Numbered from the stretch's first letter, positions 30,695 through 41,590 are shown. The stretch: 64,000 bases of DNA from Phycisphaeraceae bacterium (GCA_963674705.1 OY771506.1:4800001-4864000), one strand, 5' to 3'. Program-made: numbers and translations. Notes: a model not told the origin generated them from the sequence alone.

Positions 30695-32677
30695 TCAGTA
30701 TTTATGAATATTAAGTTTGAAAACGACCTTGCCCTGGATAACGGCTTCTGCGTCATAAACTTGCTTGACCAACGGTGTGTAAGGAACTGCTAACGGCCGG
30801 GTGGGACTCTGAAGGATCACCGACCGGCTTGATGGAAGCCGAGGCAATTCGTTCCGGCCCAACGCCAATCCGGCATCAGGCAGTTGGAGCGTAGCATAAA
30901 CCGCGTCTGTTCGGTAATCCAAAGATTCCTGCAGCAGTTCCACCAATTCATCCATTGAACGCGCGATCATACGATCCGGGTTCGATGCCATGACAATCTC
31001 TGCGTGCTTCTCCACGCCGCTGATAGTCAGGGGGTACTCTCCCTCGTCCAGATACTCAGGGATCTTGAATGTGATCCGACGGTTTTCCAATGGACCGGCA
31101 TAGTGCTTGAGTTGCAGGTCGATCGCAACAGTCTCACCGGGCTTGACTTCCACGTGATCCAGTTGGGCCCCCACAATATCTGCCAGACGTATGCCCTCGG
31201 TAAATTCCACATCGACAACAGCTTTCACAAGCTCGAGGTTTTCGAATGGATTTTCGGTCATTGTCGACAGTAATGGCATGAGTTCAGGGACAACGTTTCG
31301 TGCGGTACCTCCAGCGACCACAGTATCGACGTTAAAGTGACGCCCGCCTGTGAAGGACAAATCAGCTTTGAGTCGGAAAGTATTCTCAATCGGTGGCGCA
31401 TGAAGCGCCATGATGCTCATAAAAATCACATTGGCGGTTGAACGTGGTCCGTAGGCGGGGTGTGTCGCGACTTGGTAGTGGTAATCCATGGCTTCGTGCC
31501 CTGGAATGTGGACCGTTACGTCGACGGGCGCGGTGTGATAGCGTTTTTCAGCGATTCCAACCGTACCCGCATTTTCATCGCGCACGATCGTCCCTTGTGG
31601 AATCAAAGTACCTGACTTCTTGAAACTGATCGATCGGCTGGGTACGACAAAGTGCACATAACCAGTTGCCATGGGCAATGCCATTTCGCCCTCGCCGGAC
31701 ATCTGGTGCCCCAGCGCCAGTACTTCACCGGTGGGCAAAATATCAGTCACGGTGCCGGTCGCGCCCAGGTCAAGATCGCCGAAAGCCAAGGCAATAGCCA
31801 TGACGCTTCCGGGTTCCAGCATGGTGTTCTGCACATCAACATCGTGCGGGGGCTCACCGCCGATCGCGCCGGATGGACCTGCCACGGGCATCAAACCAAA
31901 AGGCTCATAAAGAGGGGCAAATACTTCTACCGCTTCCGATGATCCCATCGTGATTGGAATCATCATCGGAAGCATTCTCTTATTCAAATCTGAGCCTACG
32001 ATATATGGTCCATCGGGAGCGTCGCTCATCAGTCCACCGGTAGTACCTGTGACATGCTTCAGCCATCTTCGGATATGGCTGATCCGCAGTCTTGCCATCG
32101 CGGTCGATTGATCGTTAGGCGTCATGGCTTCAACCTGATCGAGTGTCCGACTCAATGCGATCGATGAGACCTTGCCGCGCTTAGGCCCAGACCAAGTGTC
32201 GGGTTCCTTCGAAACACGTGAGGCAGTCTCTCGCATGTAATCAATCGGCTGGACACCGATCAGGCATTGCAGCGACTCTGCGAAACCGAAAGCAAACGCA
32301 CCGATCAGTTTGCCTCCCTTACCAGGGATCCGCTCTTCACCTTCCTCCCAGAGATAGATCGGTGAACCGGACATCCCCTTAACCGGGCCGGACTCAACCA
32401 TGCGGTCGTCGTTGCTGCGGACCCAGATCACCGCATAATTGGGGCGCTTGTTTGGCTCGATACTGATGACTTCAATATTGAAAGGCTCGATCACGGTGCC
32501 GTGGAACACAGTCAGGCCGTAACCCTTCATACCGACCCGCACATCTTCCAGATCCATTGTCGGCGTGGGCTTATCAGGAACCTTGATGTTCTGAGCATGT
32601 GTTTTTGAGCCTGCACATACTAGCAGCGCAACAAGACCCAGAACCAAAATATTAATTCGGTAATTAATTTCTTGCAT
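30695..32677 (-). CDS. SpoIVB-type peptidase S55 domain protein, secreted
   Basis: VGMKGYGLTVFHG, GMSGSPIY, GKLIGAFA, ATGTVT, ALGH. Confidence 0.88.
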   Translation of the reverse strand: MQEINYRINILVLGLVALLVCAGSKTHAQNIKVPDKPTPTMDLEDVRVGMKGYGLTVFHGTVIEPFNIEVISIEPNKRPNYAVIWVRSNDDRMVESGPVKGMSGSPIYLWEEGEERIPGKGGKLIGAFAFGFAESLQCLIGVQPIDYMRETASRVSKEPDTWSGPKRGKVSSIALSRTLDQVEAMTPNDQSTAMARLRISHIRRWLKHVTGTTGGLMSDAPDGPYIVGSDLNKRMLPMMIPITMGSSEAVEVFAPLYEPFGLMPVAGPSGAIGGEPPHDVDVQNTMLEPGSVMAIALAFGDLDLGATGTVTDILPTGEVLALGHQMSGEGEMALPMATGYVHFVVPSRSISFKKSGTLIPQGTIVRDENAGTVGIAEKRYHTAPVDVTVHIPGHEAMDYHYQVATHPAYGPRSTANVIFMSIMALHAPPIENTFRLKADLSFTGGRHFNVDTVVAGGTARNVVPELMPLLSTMTENPFENLELVKAVVDVEFTEGIRLADIVGAQLDHVEVKPGETVAIDLQLKHYAGPLENRRITFKIPEYLDEGEYPLTISGVEKHAEIVMASNPDRMIARSMDELVELLQESLDYRTDAVYATLQLPDAGLALGRNELPRLPSSRSVILQSPTRPLAVPYTPLVKQVYDAEAVIQGKVVFKLNIHKY

Positions 32678-32877
32678 GGTAAATGTAAGATACCCCTGTC
32701 ACCGGCTGGTGACAAACCTATAGATGCTGTAAGTACATTTGCTTGTATTCATGCCAGGTATTTCTTTTTATCGTCATAGTCATTGCCTGATCTTGGGTCG
32801 TGTTCGCCGATCAGTCCAGTTAATGGCAAATCACGCGGTTTTGTGATGCGGTCAGGACCTCTACATCAGTTCTTTAA

Positions 32878-34542
32878 CTAATCTGTAGCCGTGCCTTCTC
32901 CGGTATCGCGCATTTGTTGAGCCTTGAGTTGCTTGCCAGTGAGGGCTCCAAGTTCAGTAAGTGCGTCCACTAATTCCTTACTTTTGAATTGGCGTGCGCG
33001 ATCCAATGGTGTCAGGCCGTGCTGGTCGGTAGGATTTAATTCTGCACCAGCGTCAACCATGAGTTGCAGCGTGGTGACTTTGGCTTCGGGGTCATCCAGC
33101 AGGACATTCACCCCTACCCAATGAAGGGGACTGGTTTTGAAGTCAATCTCCCCACTTACGGCATTGGGATCTGCGCCGTGTGCAAGCAGGAGTTTGACCG
33201 CCTCCACACGAACATTACGTACAGCGTCATGCAGGGGTGTCCAGCCGCCAAGTATGGAGAAGTTCTTCGCAGCGTCGGGGTCTTTCGCGAGAATCATCTT
33301 AATGCGCGGGATGTCGCCCGCACCAGCGGCGCTACACAGGTCGACTTCGGCACCAAGTTCAATCAGTTTCTCATACATCTCGAGGTGCGGACCCGCCTCG
33401 TCACCCTGCGCCGCGACATGTAATGGGATAAAACCAGCGATCGTTTGGTTAACATCCACACGCGGGTCGGCGATGAGCAAAGCGCTTGCCTCAATGTGAT
33501 TGTGATGGATCGCGGTAAATAGCGGTTCGAATTTGTACTCGGTCTGCTGGCGTGGGTCGGCTCCATTATCGATCAACAATGTGATGATATCCAGCAAACC
33601 ATCGGCCGCTGCGTCATACAGCGGTGTAAATCCTAGCTGCCGCTGCGCACTCACATCCGCACCATGTTCAATCAACACGCGACAGGTCTCAAAGTCGTGC
33701 GAGATCACCGCTAACGCAAGCGGTGTGTAAAGATAATCGTTCTTCGCATTGACATCGGCTCCCCGTTCTAAAAGCTCTAGAACTTTGGCCGAATCGCCCA
33801 TCATAGAAGCGCGGTGCAACGCGGTCTGACCAGCCGGATCAGTTGCGCCGATGGGTGCGTTGGCAAGGACGTCCTGACGGTAAAGGCGAACATTGCGTAT
33901 ACGAACGGTCTCGAGACCAGCCTTGCCGCGTGGGTCCAGTTTAATACCGATGCGTGTAAGGGGTGTACCATCGGGGGGGATCGAGCTGCCGGGTCGTGGA
34001 TCGCTCCTTAACTCGTTGCGTAACAGGTTGATGTTGAGCGTATGCCATTCGCCTCGCTTGATCGGTGGCAGAACCAATAATGCCCGCAGATTGTCCTCCC
34101 CATCGACCTCGTCAAGTTGCAGGACCACCAGCACGTCTTGCTGAGCATTGACATAGATTTCAAACTCGATGTATTGATCGGGGCCCTGTGCCATGCCGGC
34201 GTCGGGTGGAACGGTCAACATGGTTGCAGCGCCCCAGCCGACACCTGATCCGACTTCAGGCAGTTGCAGTTCAAGCCCTGTCGCCCCACCCACTTCTTCG
34301 TGCAATACATTTGCATTTGTTGCGGTGCTATTACCATCCGATCCAAAACGCAGTGTAACTTCGGCTTCGATCGGACCGGGCCAATCGGAAGAAACACCCT
34401 CAGGAGTTGATAGCTGCTTGGTTGTGTTTTCTTCGCCAACCTGTACCGACACATCATCGGCGAGTAAACAGTTCATTCCCCCCAAACCACCGCAGACGAT
34501 GCATGCAATAATCCAACTGTATCTAGATTCGTGCCTGAACAT
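32878..34542 (-). CDS. Ankyrin-repeat protein with N-terminal signal and jelly-roll-like domain
   Basis: Repeated GQTALH/YTPLA/FTPLY/WTPLH ankyrin motifs; ATG 34542 preceded by AGGAAG. Confidence 0.88.
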   Translation of the reverse strand: MFRHESRYSWIIACIVCGGLGGMNCLLADDVSVQVGEENTTKQLSTPEGVSSDWPGPIEAEVTLRFGSDGNSTATNANVLHEEVGGATGLELQLPEVGSGVGWGAATMLTVPPDAGMAQGPDQYIEFEIYVNAQQDVLVVLQLDEVDGEDNLRALLVLPPIKRGEWHTLNINLLRNELRSDPRPGSSIPPDGTPLTRIGIKLDPRGKAGLETVRIRNVRLYRQDVLANAPIGATDPAGQTALHRASMMGDSAKVLELLERGADVNAKNDYLYTPLALAVISHDFETCRVLIEHGADVSAQRQLGFTPLYDAAADGLLDIITLLIDNGADPRQQTEYKFEPLFTAIHHNHIEASALLIADPRVDVNQTIAGFIPLHVAAQGDEAGPHLEMYEKLIELGAEVDLCSAAGAGDIPRIKMILAKDPDAAKNFSILGGWTPLHDAVRNVRVEAVKLLLAHGADPNAVSGEIDFKTSPLHWVGVNVLLDDPEAKVTTLQLMVDAGAELNPTDQHGLTPLDRARQFKSKELVDALTELGALTGKQLKAQQMRDTGEGTATD

Positions 34543-34565
34543 TGATTTGTGCTTCCTAGTCAAGT

Positions 34566-35302
34566 GGCGGATTCAATTCCGAAGCGCAACACCGGGGCCG
34601 ATAAGTGAGGTATCGGGGCAGGCGGTAGATTGAGGTTGTTCAACGACCTTGATCCACGCCGGAGCCCGCGATGCCTCAGACACAGTTTAGCAACTACGAA
34701 CGATACGTCATCACCCACATGCACAACGCCGGGTTCAGCAACGCCCAGATCGCGCGGCAGCTGGGCCGACACCGTGCCACCATCGGTCGCGAACTGCGAC
34801 GCAACCGCGATGTGTTCAAGGTCTACCACTACATCCCGGCTCAACGCCTGGCCGAGCGACGGCGCAGCAGCGCCAGTCAGCGCTACAAGCTCGACGCTCC
34901 CACAAGCGGCCTGGGCCGATACGTCAGGCGGAAGCTGCGCGAGCATTGGTCGCCGCAGCAGATCGCCGGGCGGCTTGAGCGCGAGTCACGCCGACGCGGG
35001 GCGGACCCGGCGATGCGCATCAGCCACGAGACGATCTACCGCTTCATCTACCGACGCTATCAACAGCACGGCGAACGCTGGTACGAACGGTTGCGTCAAC
35101 GCCACAAACGAAGGCGATCGCGAAGCGTCGGCCAACGCCCTGTTCGCGGACAGATCCCCGGGCGGGTAGGCATCGAGCAACGCCCGGCTTGCACGCGTCC
35201 AGCATCTACTGAACAATCGTCCAAGAAAGTGCCTCGACTACCGCACCCCGATCGAGGTCCTCAACGCCTTACCCGGTGTTGCGCTTCGGAATTGAATCCG
35301 CC
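34566..35302 (+). mobile_element. Internally deleted IS30-family element (737 bp)
   Basis: 31-bp perfect terminal IR GGCGGATTCAATTCCGAAGCGCAACACCGGG; no target duplication. Confidence 0.92.
34671..35295 (+). pseudogene. IS30 transposase lacking the DDE core
   Basis: IARQLGRHRATIGRELRRN, WSPQQIAG, ISHETIY, IEQRP are joined out of frame to the C-terminal LNNRPRKCLDYRTP. Confidence 0.9.
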
Positions 35303-35356
35303 CTTTCGCAATCCTTCGCATTCTTTCGCATTTTGTCGCATTCCTTCGCGGTAACC
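35303..35356 (+). repeat. Five 10-bp TCGC units ending in GTAACC; junction truncated by IS30
   Basis: ctttcgca-atccttcgca-ttctttcgca-ttttgtcgca-ttccttcgcg-gtaacc directly abutting the IS30 IR. Confidence 0.9.
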
Positions 35357-35621
35357 TCAAAGCATTGCGCTAGCATGTCATTCAGTTTCGGTCGAACTCT
35401 GCATCAGCTTACGGACATATCAAACGGCATTCGTATCGCGGCAACCATACTTATCGTTGCCGTTCCGAGTTGCTGCAAGTAAGACGATATTAGAACTAGT
35501 TCAAGAATCACTGTGTGATCTCTATGCCCGTATGTAACAACAAGCCATTGCATGTCAACATCAAAGCGGCAATCTAAGCCATATTCTTGTGTTCACATAC
35601 TGTTGGATCACCAGAGTGATA

Positions 35622-38114
35622 TCAGCTTAAGCAGTCGTACTCTCTGATGTCTATAGAACGAGTCGTATTCCTCCGATGTTGCAACGCAATCGTGCCAATG
35701 ACCAGCAATGCGAGGCTGGACGGCTCCGGGATGTCTGTGTAACTACTTATCGGGATACTTGTGTTCCAGTTGTTCAGCACGATATCCAAGTCATCCAGAC
35801 CTACGAAACCGTCATCGCTTGGGTCGGCGGCTGAGTTGGCAGGCGGGATGGCTTGATTCCAGTTAGTAAGGATAATATCAAGATCGTCTAGGCCGACATA
35901 ACCATCGCCGTTCAAGTCACCGGGTAGAGATAAGACGTCAAGCACAGTGATGCGGAGCATGTTGGACAGGTACTCGACGTTCAGCAGCAAGTCCGTGCAG
36001 ATTACATTGTCAAAGTTGCCGATGAACGAGCCGGAGCTGAGCAGGACGATGAAAACCTCTCCGATCTTCGGGGCGGCACCGATCACGTCGATTACGAGGT
36101 CACCATCAAGTGCGATGTTTTCCGCGAAGATCAGATCGGCGTCGCCGCTTGTCATCTCGATGTTGAGTGTGCCGGTATCGAGTTGTTCAAAGTTGCCTTG
36201 GAGCGTCAGGGTCCCGAGGCTGTCTTTGCCAGCGACTTCCATCGACCCGGTGAGATTGACGACGTCCGCGTCGAGCGTTCCGTCGATCGAGTCGGCGAGC
36301 GGCAGATCGAGTGCGGTCGCTGTGTCGCTGATCACGATACCGGTGTGCCTTTGCTGTACACCATCGTGCGTCACCGTAACGTTATGCATGCCCTTGAAAC
36401 CACGTATTGTCCCGCTGCCGATGGCATCAGAGGTCGATTGCTCATTGGTCCACCAGGCATCGTAAACCAAGTCGAGGTACGCCTGACCGTTGGGCTTGAT
36501 GGTCCAGTCGCTGTTAAAGAGCGCCGCGTCGGATCGCCAGTGCGCATCTTCCCACAGGCCCCATTGGATAAAAGCTTCGACCGCAGGATGCGCGAAAAGT
36601 GCAGTCATGACATCGGTCATATACTGGGCCTGCAGGTCCTCGTCGGTGGTGTTGAAGTCGAACTCGGTGATGTGGATCGGCAGGCCGAAGTCGTCGAACC
36701 GGTCAAGAATGGTCCAGATCTGCTCGGGTCCGGTGATCGAACCCTCATCGAAGTGGCCCTGTATCCCGATGCCTTCAATAGCGGCGTTTTGGTCGATGAG
36801 ATACTGGATCGTGCCCTCGTACTCCTGCTGGCTGGGTGTGTTGGTGCCTCCGCCGGAAGCGATGATACCGTATTCGTTCAGGTATAACTCGGCGTTGGGG
36901 TCGGCGGCCTTGGCGACGTTGAACCATTCGACCATCGCTTCGTCACCAAGGATGTCCATGAGGTCGTGGTTGGCTCTTACCTCGTTGATGACGTCCCAGT
37001 AGTCGACCTTGCCGGCGGTCGCGGTGGCGATTTCGTTGATGTGGTCGATCACATTCTGGGCAAGCTCATTTTCCAGCTCGATCTTACGACCGGTCAAGGT
37101 GCCTATGTCGTTATATTCGTCGATCTTCGCCTTCACTGTCGAGGGCAGGTTGCTGTAGCCTGGCCAGACTTGGACGTGACCGCGTGCGGTCATACCCTGG
37201 GCCTCGATCCAACTCAGTGCCGATGCTGCTTGGCTCTGGCTGAAGTTGGATCCCCATTCGCCCTCCCAAGCCGGCCACTTCAGCGTGTTCTCGAGTGTTG
37301 CGAGGTTGAACATCTCCTCGACCTTCTGCTTGTAGATCGTGTTGTCGGAGGTAGTGCTGTTGACCCGCCATGCGGCGACGGCCGTGCCCCAGACAAACTC
37401 ATGCTCGGTCATCTGCACGTCGACCTGCGCCCCCGCGACAGGTTCGTCGCATCTGAGGACGCGGTAACTCAGGTCGCCCTTGCGATATGTATCGATGTTG
37501 CTCTCGGCGGTGGTCCGCCACGTGGCATCGGATTCGGCACCGGGATACGCCGGGGGCGCTTCCACCGTGTTGGACACAGCGATGTTGTCAAAGAACATGT
37601 CAAACGGAACCGTCCCGCCGTACTCCCCAAGCAACTGCCACTTGGTGATGTTGCTCAGGTCTAGATTCTGCCAGTCGTTGACTCCGCTGGTGGGATTCGC
37701 GAGGGTCGTCGACGAAACAAGGTTTGTAAAACCCGAGGTCGACAGGTCCGACACATTAAATGTCCACTTGCCGGTGTTGCTGTTGGCATCGATCAGTTCG
37801 AGCGTGAATGTGTCGGTCTGGTTGGTGACGCCCGGAGCCATATCGACGGTGAACCGCCCGTCGGCGTAGGTACTCAGGTCCAGCGCGGAGTTAATCCCGC
37901 CGCCGCCCCAGCTGTCTGTTGTATCCTGGATGCGGATGAAACTCGACCCGGTCGTCTGAGTAAAGCCGGAGAAGGTGTAGTCGAAGCCGGTGCCATTAAA
38001 GGCCGAGAGTGTAATCTCGGCCCAAACCCGCGACTCTGTCATCGCAGGTATTATGAGCATACCGCAAACAATCAGCTGTGTGAGACGCAACTTCTTAGTG
38101 TAGAGCCCCAACAT
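35622..38114 (-). CDS. GH10 endo-1,4-beta-xylanase with N-terminal CBM-like domain, dockerin-like module and PEP-CTERM
   Basis: ENTLKW, RGH, WDVINE, LYLNEY, GIGIQGH, ITEFD; IPEP tail. Confidence 0.92.
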   Translation of the reverse strand: MLGLYTKKLRLTQLIVCGMLIIPAMTESRVWAEITLSAFNGTGFDYTFSGFTQTTGSSFIRIQDTTDSWGGGGINSALDLSTYADGRFTVDMAPGVTNQTDTFTLELIDANSNTGKWTFNVSDLSTSGFTNLVSSTTLANPTSGVNDWQNLDLSNITKWQLLGEYGGTVPFDMFFDNIAVSNTVEAPPAYPGAESDATWRTTAESNIDTYRKGDLSYRVLRCDEPVAGAQVDVQMTEHEFVWGTAVAAWRVNSTTSDNTIYKQKVEEMFNLATLENTLKWPAWEGEWGSNFSQSQAASALSWIEAQGMTARGHVQVWPGYSNLPSTVKAKIDEYNDIGTLTGRKIELENELAQNVIDHINEIATATAGKVDYWDVINEVRANHDLMDILGDEAMVEWFNVAKAADPNAELYLNEYGIIASGGGTNTPSQQEYEGTIQYLIDQNAAIEGIGIQGHFDEGSITGPEQIWTILDRFDDFGLPIHITEFDFNTTDEDLQAQYMTDVMTALFAHPAVEAFIQWGLWEDAHWRSDAALFNSDWTIKPNGQAYLDLVYDAWWTNEQSTSDAIGSGTIRGFKGMHNVTVTHDGVQQRHTGIVISDTATALDLPLADSIDGTLDADVVNLTGSMEVAGKDSLGTLTLQGNFEQLDTGTLNIEMTSGDADLIFAENIALDGDLVIDVIGAAPKIGEVFIVLLSSGSFIGNFDNVICTDLLLNVEYLSNMLRITVLDVLSLPGDLNGDGYVGLDDLDIILTNWNQAIPPANSAADPSDDGFVGLDDLDIVLNNWNTSIPISSYTDIPEPSSLALLVIGTIALQHRRNTTRSIDIREYDCLS

Positions 38115-38171
38115 ACAACAGCTCTCAGCAAATTTGACACCCGTGACTAATTTACGACCCGCTCAGATCAC

Positions 38172-39023
38172 TCAAGGATCGACGTATACGTTTTCAGCTA
38201 CCAGGCCATGATCGGTCGGGCCGCTGTAACTCACGGAAGCAGCGTGCCCGTCAGCAAACAGGAAGTTGCCCGAGTTGTCTCCGCCGTGGCGGAAGCGGAT
38301 CTGCCCCCAGTTGGACGTAGTGTCAGTGTTGTCGCCGACATCGACCGGCTGCGTGTAATCATAGCTCGAATCGCCGAGGAGGAAGTAGGGAGATCTGGCC
38401 CAGCCACTGTTATTCAGTGCGTAAATCACGGCGTTGGTATTCCAGCCGTCGTTGGGCTTCTGGGTTCCGTCGGCGACCAGGAAGATCTCCGAGGTGTTTT
38501 TCAGGGTGTGCAGGTTGGCCGGCTGCATGTAGTCGATTGGGTTCTTGGAAAGGTCGGCCTTAGTGATGTCAGGTATCAATCGGGGGTGGCTGGAATACTG
38601 CCGGATCCGGTTGATAGTGCCCGCTGAAGTAGTCTCCTGTACGATACCCGCAGGGCAGGCGTTGAACTCGGCCAGCCCTTCTTCCTGAGTGCCGGCCTGA
38701 CCCTCCTCCGCCCAAGTCTTCTCCGCCTTGCCCATGACATTCAAGATAAGTAGTGACCAATCAGTCCACTGATTAGTATTGTACGGCGCTCCGTTATTGA
38801 CCCCATACGGTGCCGAGCCGTCGTTTTGGTCGGCGTAAACAAACATGGCGACGCCCATCTGCCTCTCTCTGGAAAGGCACTGAACGCTCTGAGCCGTGCG
38901 CCTTGCCGCTCCCAGCGCGGGCAAGAGGATGCCAACTAGCAGAGCAATGATGGAGATGACCACCAACAATTCGATGAGTGTAAACCCGTCTGGGGAAGGC
39001 TTCGTCGCGTCAAATCGCATCAT
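38172..39023 (-). CDS. Prepilin-type / DUF1559-like protein with H-X9-DG motif
   Basis: [44 protein letters not shown]. Confidence 0.92.
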   Translation of the reverse strand: MMRFDATKPSPDGFTLIELLVVISIIALLVGILLPALGAARRTAQSVQCLSRERQMGVAMFVYADQNDGSAPYGVNNGAPYNTNQWTDWSLLILNVMGKAEKTWAEEGQAGTQEEGLAEFNACPAGIVQETTSAGTINRIRQYSSHPRLIPDITKADLSKNPIDYMQPANLHTLKNTSEIFLVADGTQKPNDGWNTNAVIYALNNSGWARSPYFLLGDSSYDYTQPVDVGDNTDTTSNWGQIRFRHGGDNSGNFLFADGHAASVSYSGPTDHGLVAENVYVDP

Positions 39024-39596
39024 TTACTCTCCAAGCTATGCACCGTGGTCCAAGATTCAGACGCCGCAAACACGGCCAACGGCGGATTCAATCAGGGCAG
39101 CCCTTGCAGACACGGGCTCAAGGTTCAACACCCCTGCAGGTCACATCAGGGGCTCGAGTAAGTGCTTCGATAATATGAGACCGGTTTCATAAATACAACA
39201 CCCATTTTACGATAATCTCGCATGTCAACGACGGCATGCAATTTCAATAAATTATTAATATATATTTATCAGATGTTTAAATATAATAAAAGAAATATTT
39301 GGCTTGTGTCGGCTTGGCGTCTGTTGGACCCACTATTGCACAGGCGGGGGTATAAGCCATTAATACCTGTATTTAAATAATTTATATATCAATAAAACGC
39401 AAATGACGTGGTCAGCCATCTTTTACATGACAAATGGCAGCCAGCCAAGTCCTGTGATTCGAGACCGTGTTGCAGAAAAAGATCCCATCCACAAGCCAGA
39501 TTGTATCAACTATTAATATCTATATATAAATAAGATATGTGTTTTCTGGCCCAGGATCTGAATCCCCAGTAATCCCGGAATCTACTGAAAAAGACC

Positions 39597-39637
39597 TTGA
39601 CATTGTGTTTGAGTCAGTTAAAGTGCAAGCGATTGCA
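39597..39637 (+). promoter_or_regulatory. Sigma70-like promoter with overlapping LacI-type operator
   Basis: TTGACA (39597) -16 bp- TAAAGT (39619); near-palindrome TGCAAGCGATTGCA at 39624-39637 with central CG. Confidence 0.7.
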
Positions 39638-39699
39638 ATTAATTGCCCGGCCTGACTATCCATATCAGGCCGGGATCACTTTCACGGAACCAGGTTGGA

Positions 39700-40737
39700 A
39701 TGACAGCCAAACAGCCAAATCGAAGGACAACCATTTATCAGGTCGCCGAGCGTGCGGGGGTATCCAGTTCGACGGTATCTCGTGCGCTAAACGGGGTCAG
39801 CAAGGAAAAATCCCAAGGCTCGGCCAGCCGTGCTCAACGGATCCGCCAGATCGCCGAGCAGATGGGCTACCAGCCCAACTGGCGTGCCCGGGTGTTCGCT
39901 GAAGGCAAGACGCGCAGCGTCGGCCTGCTCCAGCCCAGCGAAGACACCATGTTCAAGGGCGTCAACACGCAGATTGCAGCCGGTTTTGTCTCGGAACTCT
40001 ACAAGCACAAATACCACGTCGTTTTGATGCCCATCGGAGAAGACCAGGAGTGGCAGCAGACGTTCGACGAACAGCGGGTAGACGGCTACGCGATTATGCA
40101 GCAGCTCGACGAGGTCGAAGATGTCTGTGAGGCGATCGTACGGCACGACAGCCCCGCGGTTCTGATCAACAACACCGAAAACAGGAACTACCTGCCGCGG
40201 GTCTTGATCGATGACTACACCGGCATGCAGCTGGCGATTAGGCACCTGACGCTGCTCGGTCATTCACAGATCGGTTTACACCTCGGAACTCACTCACTCG
40301 GTCACTACAGTGTCCAAGAGCGTTTGCGGGGTTTTCAAGAAGCGATGGGATTTAAGTCAGGCGATGACTCCATGATCTGGCGTGAAGACGACCAATCGAT
40401 CATGCGACACCTTGGCAGAGGCGGATCCAACCGGCCCACCGCGGTCATCTGCTATTCCCATCAGGAGGCGATCCCGTTGCTGTACACCCTGAGCCAATTC
40501 GGGATTAAGGTTCCGCAGGACATGAGCGTGATTTCGTTCAACGACATCGAGTTCTCCGAGTACCTCAATCCCCCACTGACCACCATGGCCTATGACGCCG
40601 ATCGTGTCGGTCGTGTCTCAGCGCAGTTACTACTACGTCAGATCAACGAGAATGTAGACGGAATGGAACGTGAAACTGTCACCCTCAAGCAACACCTGAT
40701 CGTGCGCGGCTCGACCGGACCGGTGCCTCAGTCTTAA
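39700..40737 (+). CDS. LacI-family transcriptional regulator
   Basis: TIYQVAERAGVSSSTVSRALN, MGYQPN, VPQDMSVISFND, PPLTT, LIVRGST. Confidence 0.95.
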   Translation: MTAKQPNRRTTIYQVAERAGVSSSTVSRALNGVSKEKSQGSASRAQRIRQIAEQMGYQPNWRARVFAEGKTRSVGLLQPSEDTMFKGVNTQIAAGFVSELYKHKYHVVLMPIGEDQEWQQTFDEQRVDGYAIMQQLDEVEDVCEAIVRHDSPAVLINNTENRNYLPRVLIDDYTGMQLAIRHLTLLGHSQIGLHLGTHSLGHYSVQERLRGFQEAMGFKSGDDSMIWREDDQSIMRHLGRGGSNRPTAVICYSHQEAIPLLYTLSQFGIKVPQDMSVISFNDIEFSEYLNPPLTTMAYDADRVGRVSAQLLLRQINENVDGMERETVTLKQHLIVRGSTGPVPQS

Positions 40738-40821
40738 TCGACAAATGTGGAATCCGTCACTAGGGCGAACCCTTTTCTGCTTCATTTGGCAATAAGAATC
40801 ACTTACTGGAGGAGAGTCAAC

Positions 40822-41493
40822 ATGAACTTGGTCAAGAGTCTTATCAAGGTTTCCATCCCCTGCCTGGCTGCTTGCATCGCCTTACCGACCTACGGCTCCA
40901 TCGCCACGTTCGATGAGAATGTCCTGCCCACAAATCCCGAGAACGGCGCAGGCTCGTTTACTTTCGGCGATTACTCGGTCGCCGGGGCCGTGACAGTCAC
41001 CTCGTCGGGCATCGTGCTGGATGTGGTTGACAGCGACGGCAGTAACGGTGTGTTCGGTGGCATCGGCGTCGATTACATACAGCGAGATTTTGATCCTGCC
41101 GACGTCGACATCGAGCTGCGGCTGAAGATCCTTGAGAACAACGAAGCGACCCAAATCAAGATCCTCTATCGAGACCGGGATGATCCCGGGACCGCGGATC
41201 AGTTCCAGTTCACGTTCGATATCTCTTCGCTGACAACGGCTGATGGTTTTGTAACACTGACGCAAAACCTCCTCGCTCCCGGCCCCACCTACTTCCAGGC
41301 GGCGTCCGGCTACGCTGCCGGTGACGGCATCCAGAACCCCGGCTTCGACCAGTTCCAGGTCCAAGCGGGTTACGGCTCGGTCGGTCGACTCAACGTCGAG
41401 ATCGATTATGTCAAGCTTGTCCCGGAACCCTCCTCGCTGTTGGTCGGCTCACTGGTGAGTCTGGGTGTGCTTGCCCGTAGAAAGGTGCGCTAA
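40822..41493 (+). CDS. PEP-CTERM protein, single CBM-like domain
   Basis: GGAGGAG RBS; signal peptide; VPEP tail; homologous to both repeats of the next gene. Confidence 0.85.
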   Translation: MNLVKSLIKVSIPCLAACIALPTYGSIATFDENVLPTNPENGAGSFTFGDYSVAGAVTVTSSGIVLDVVDSDGSNGVFGGIGVDYIQRDFDPADVDIELRLKILENNEATQIKILYRDRDDPGTADQFQFTFDISSLTTADGFVTLTQNLLAPGPTYFQAASGYAAGDGIQNPGFDQFQVQAGYGSVGRLNVEIDYVKLVPEPSSLLVGSLVSLGVLARRKVR

Positions 41494-41590
41494 CTTCACG
41501 AATCCTGATGGTCGGGGCAGGCGTCTGCCACCTCTTTATTAAGACCTGCGTAATCTGATCGTACTAACACTTGGTAACCAATTTTGGAGA

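Noticed and set aside
17441..32677. Sporulation system implied by SpoIIE/SpoIVB family names
   Set aside because: These are generic PP2C and S55 domains with no sporulation context
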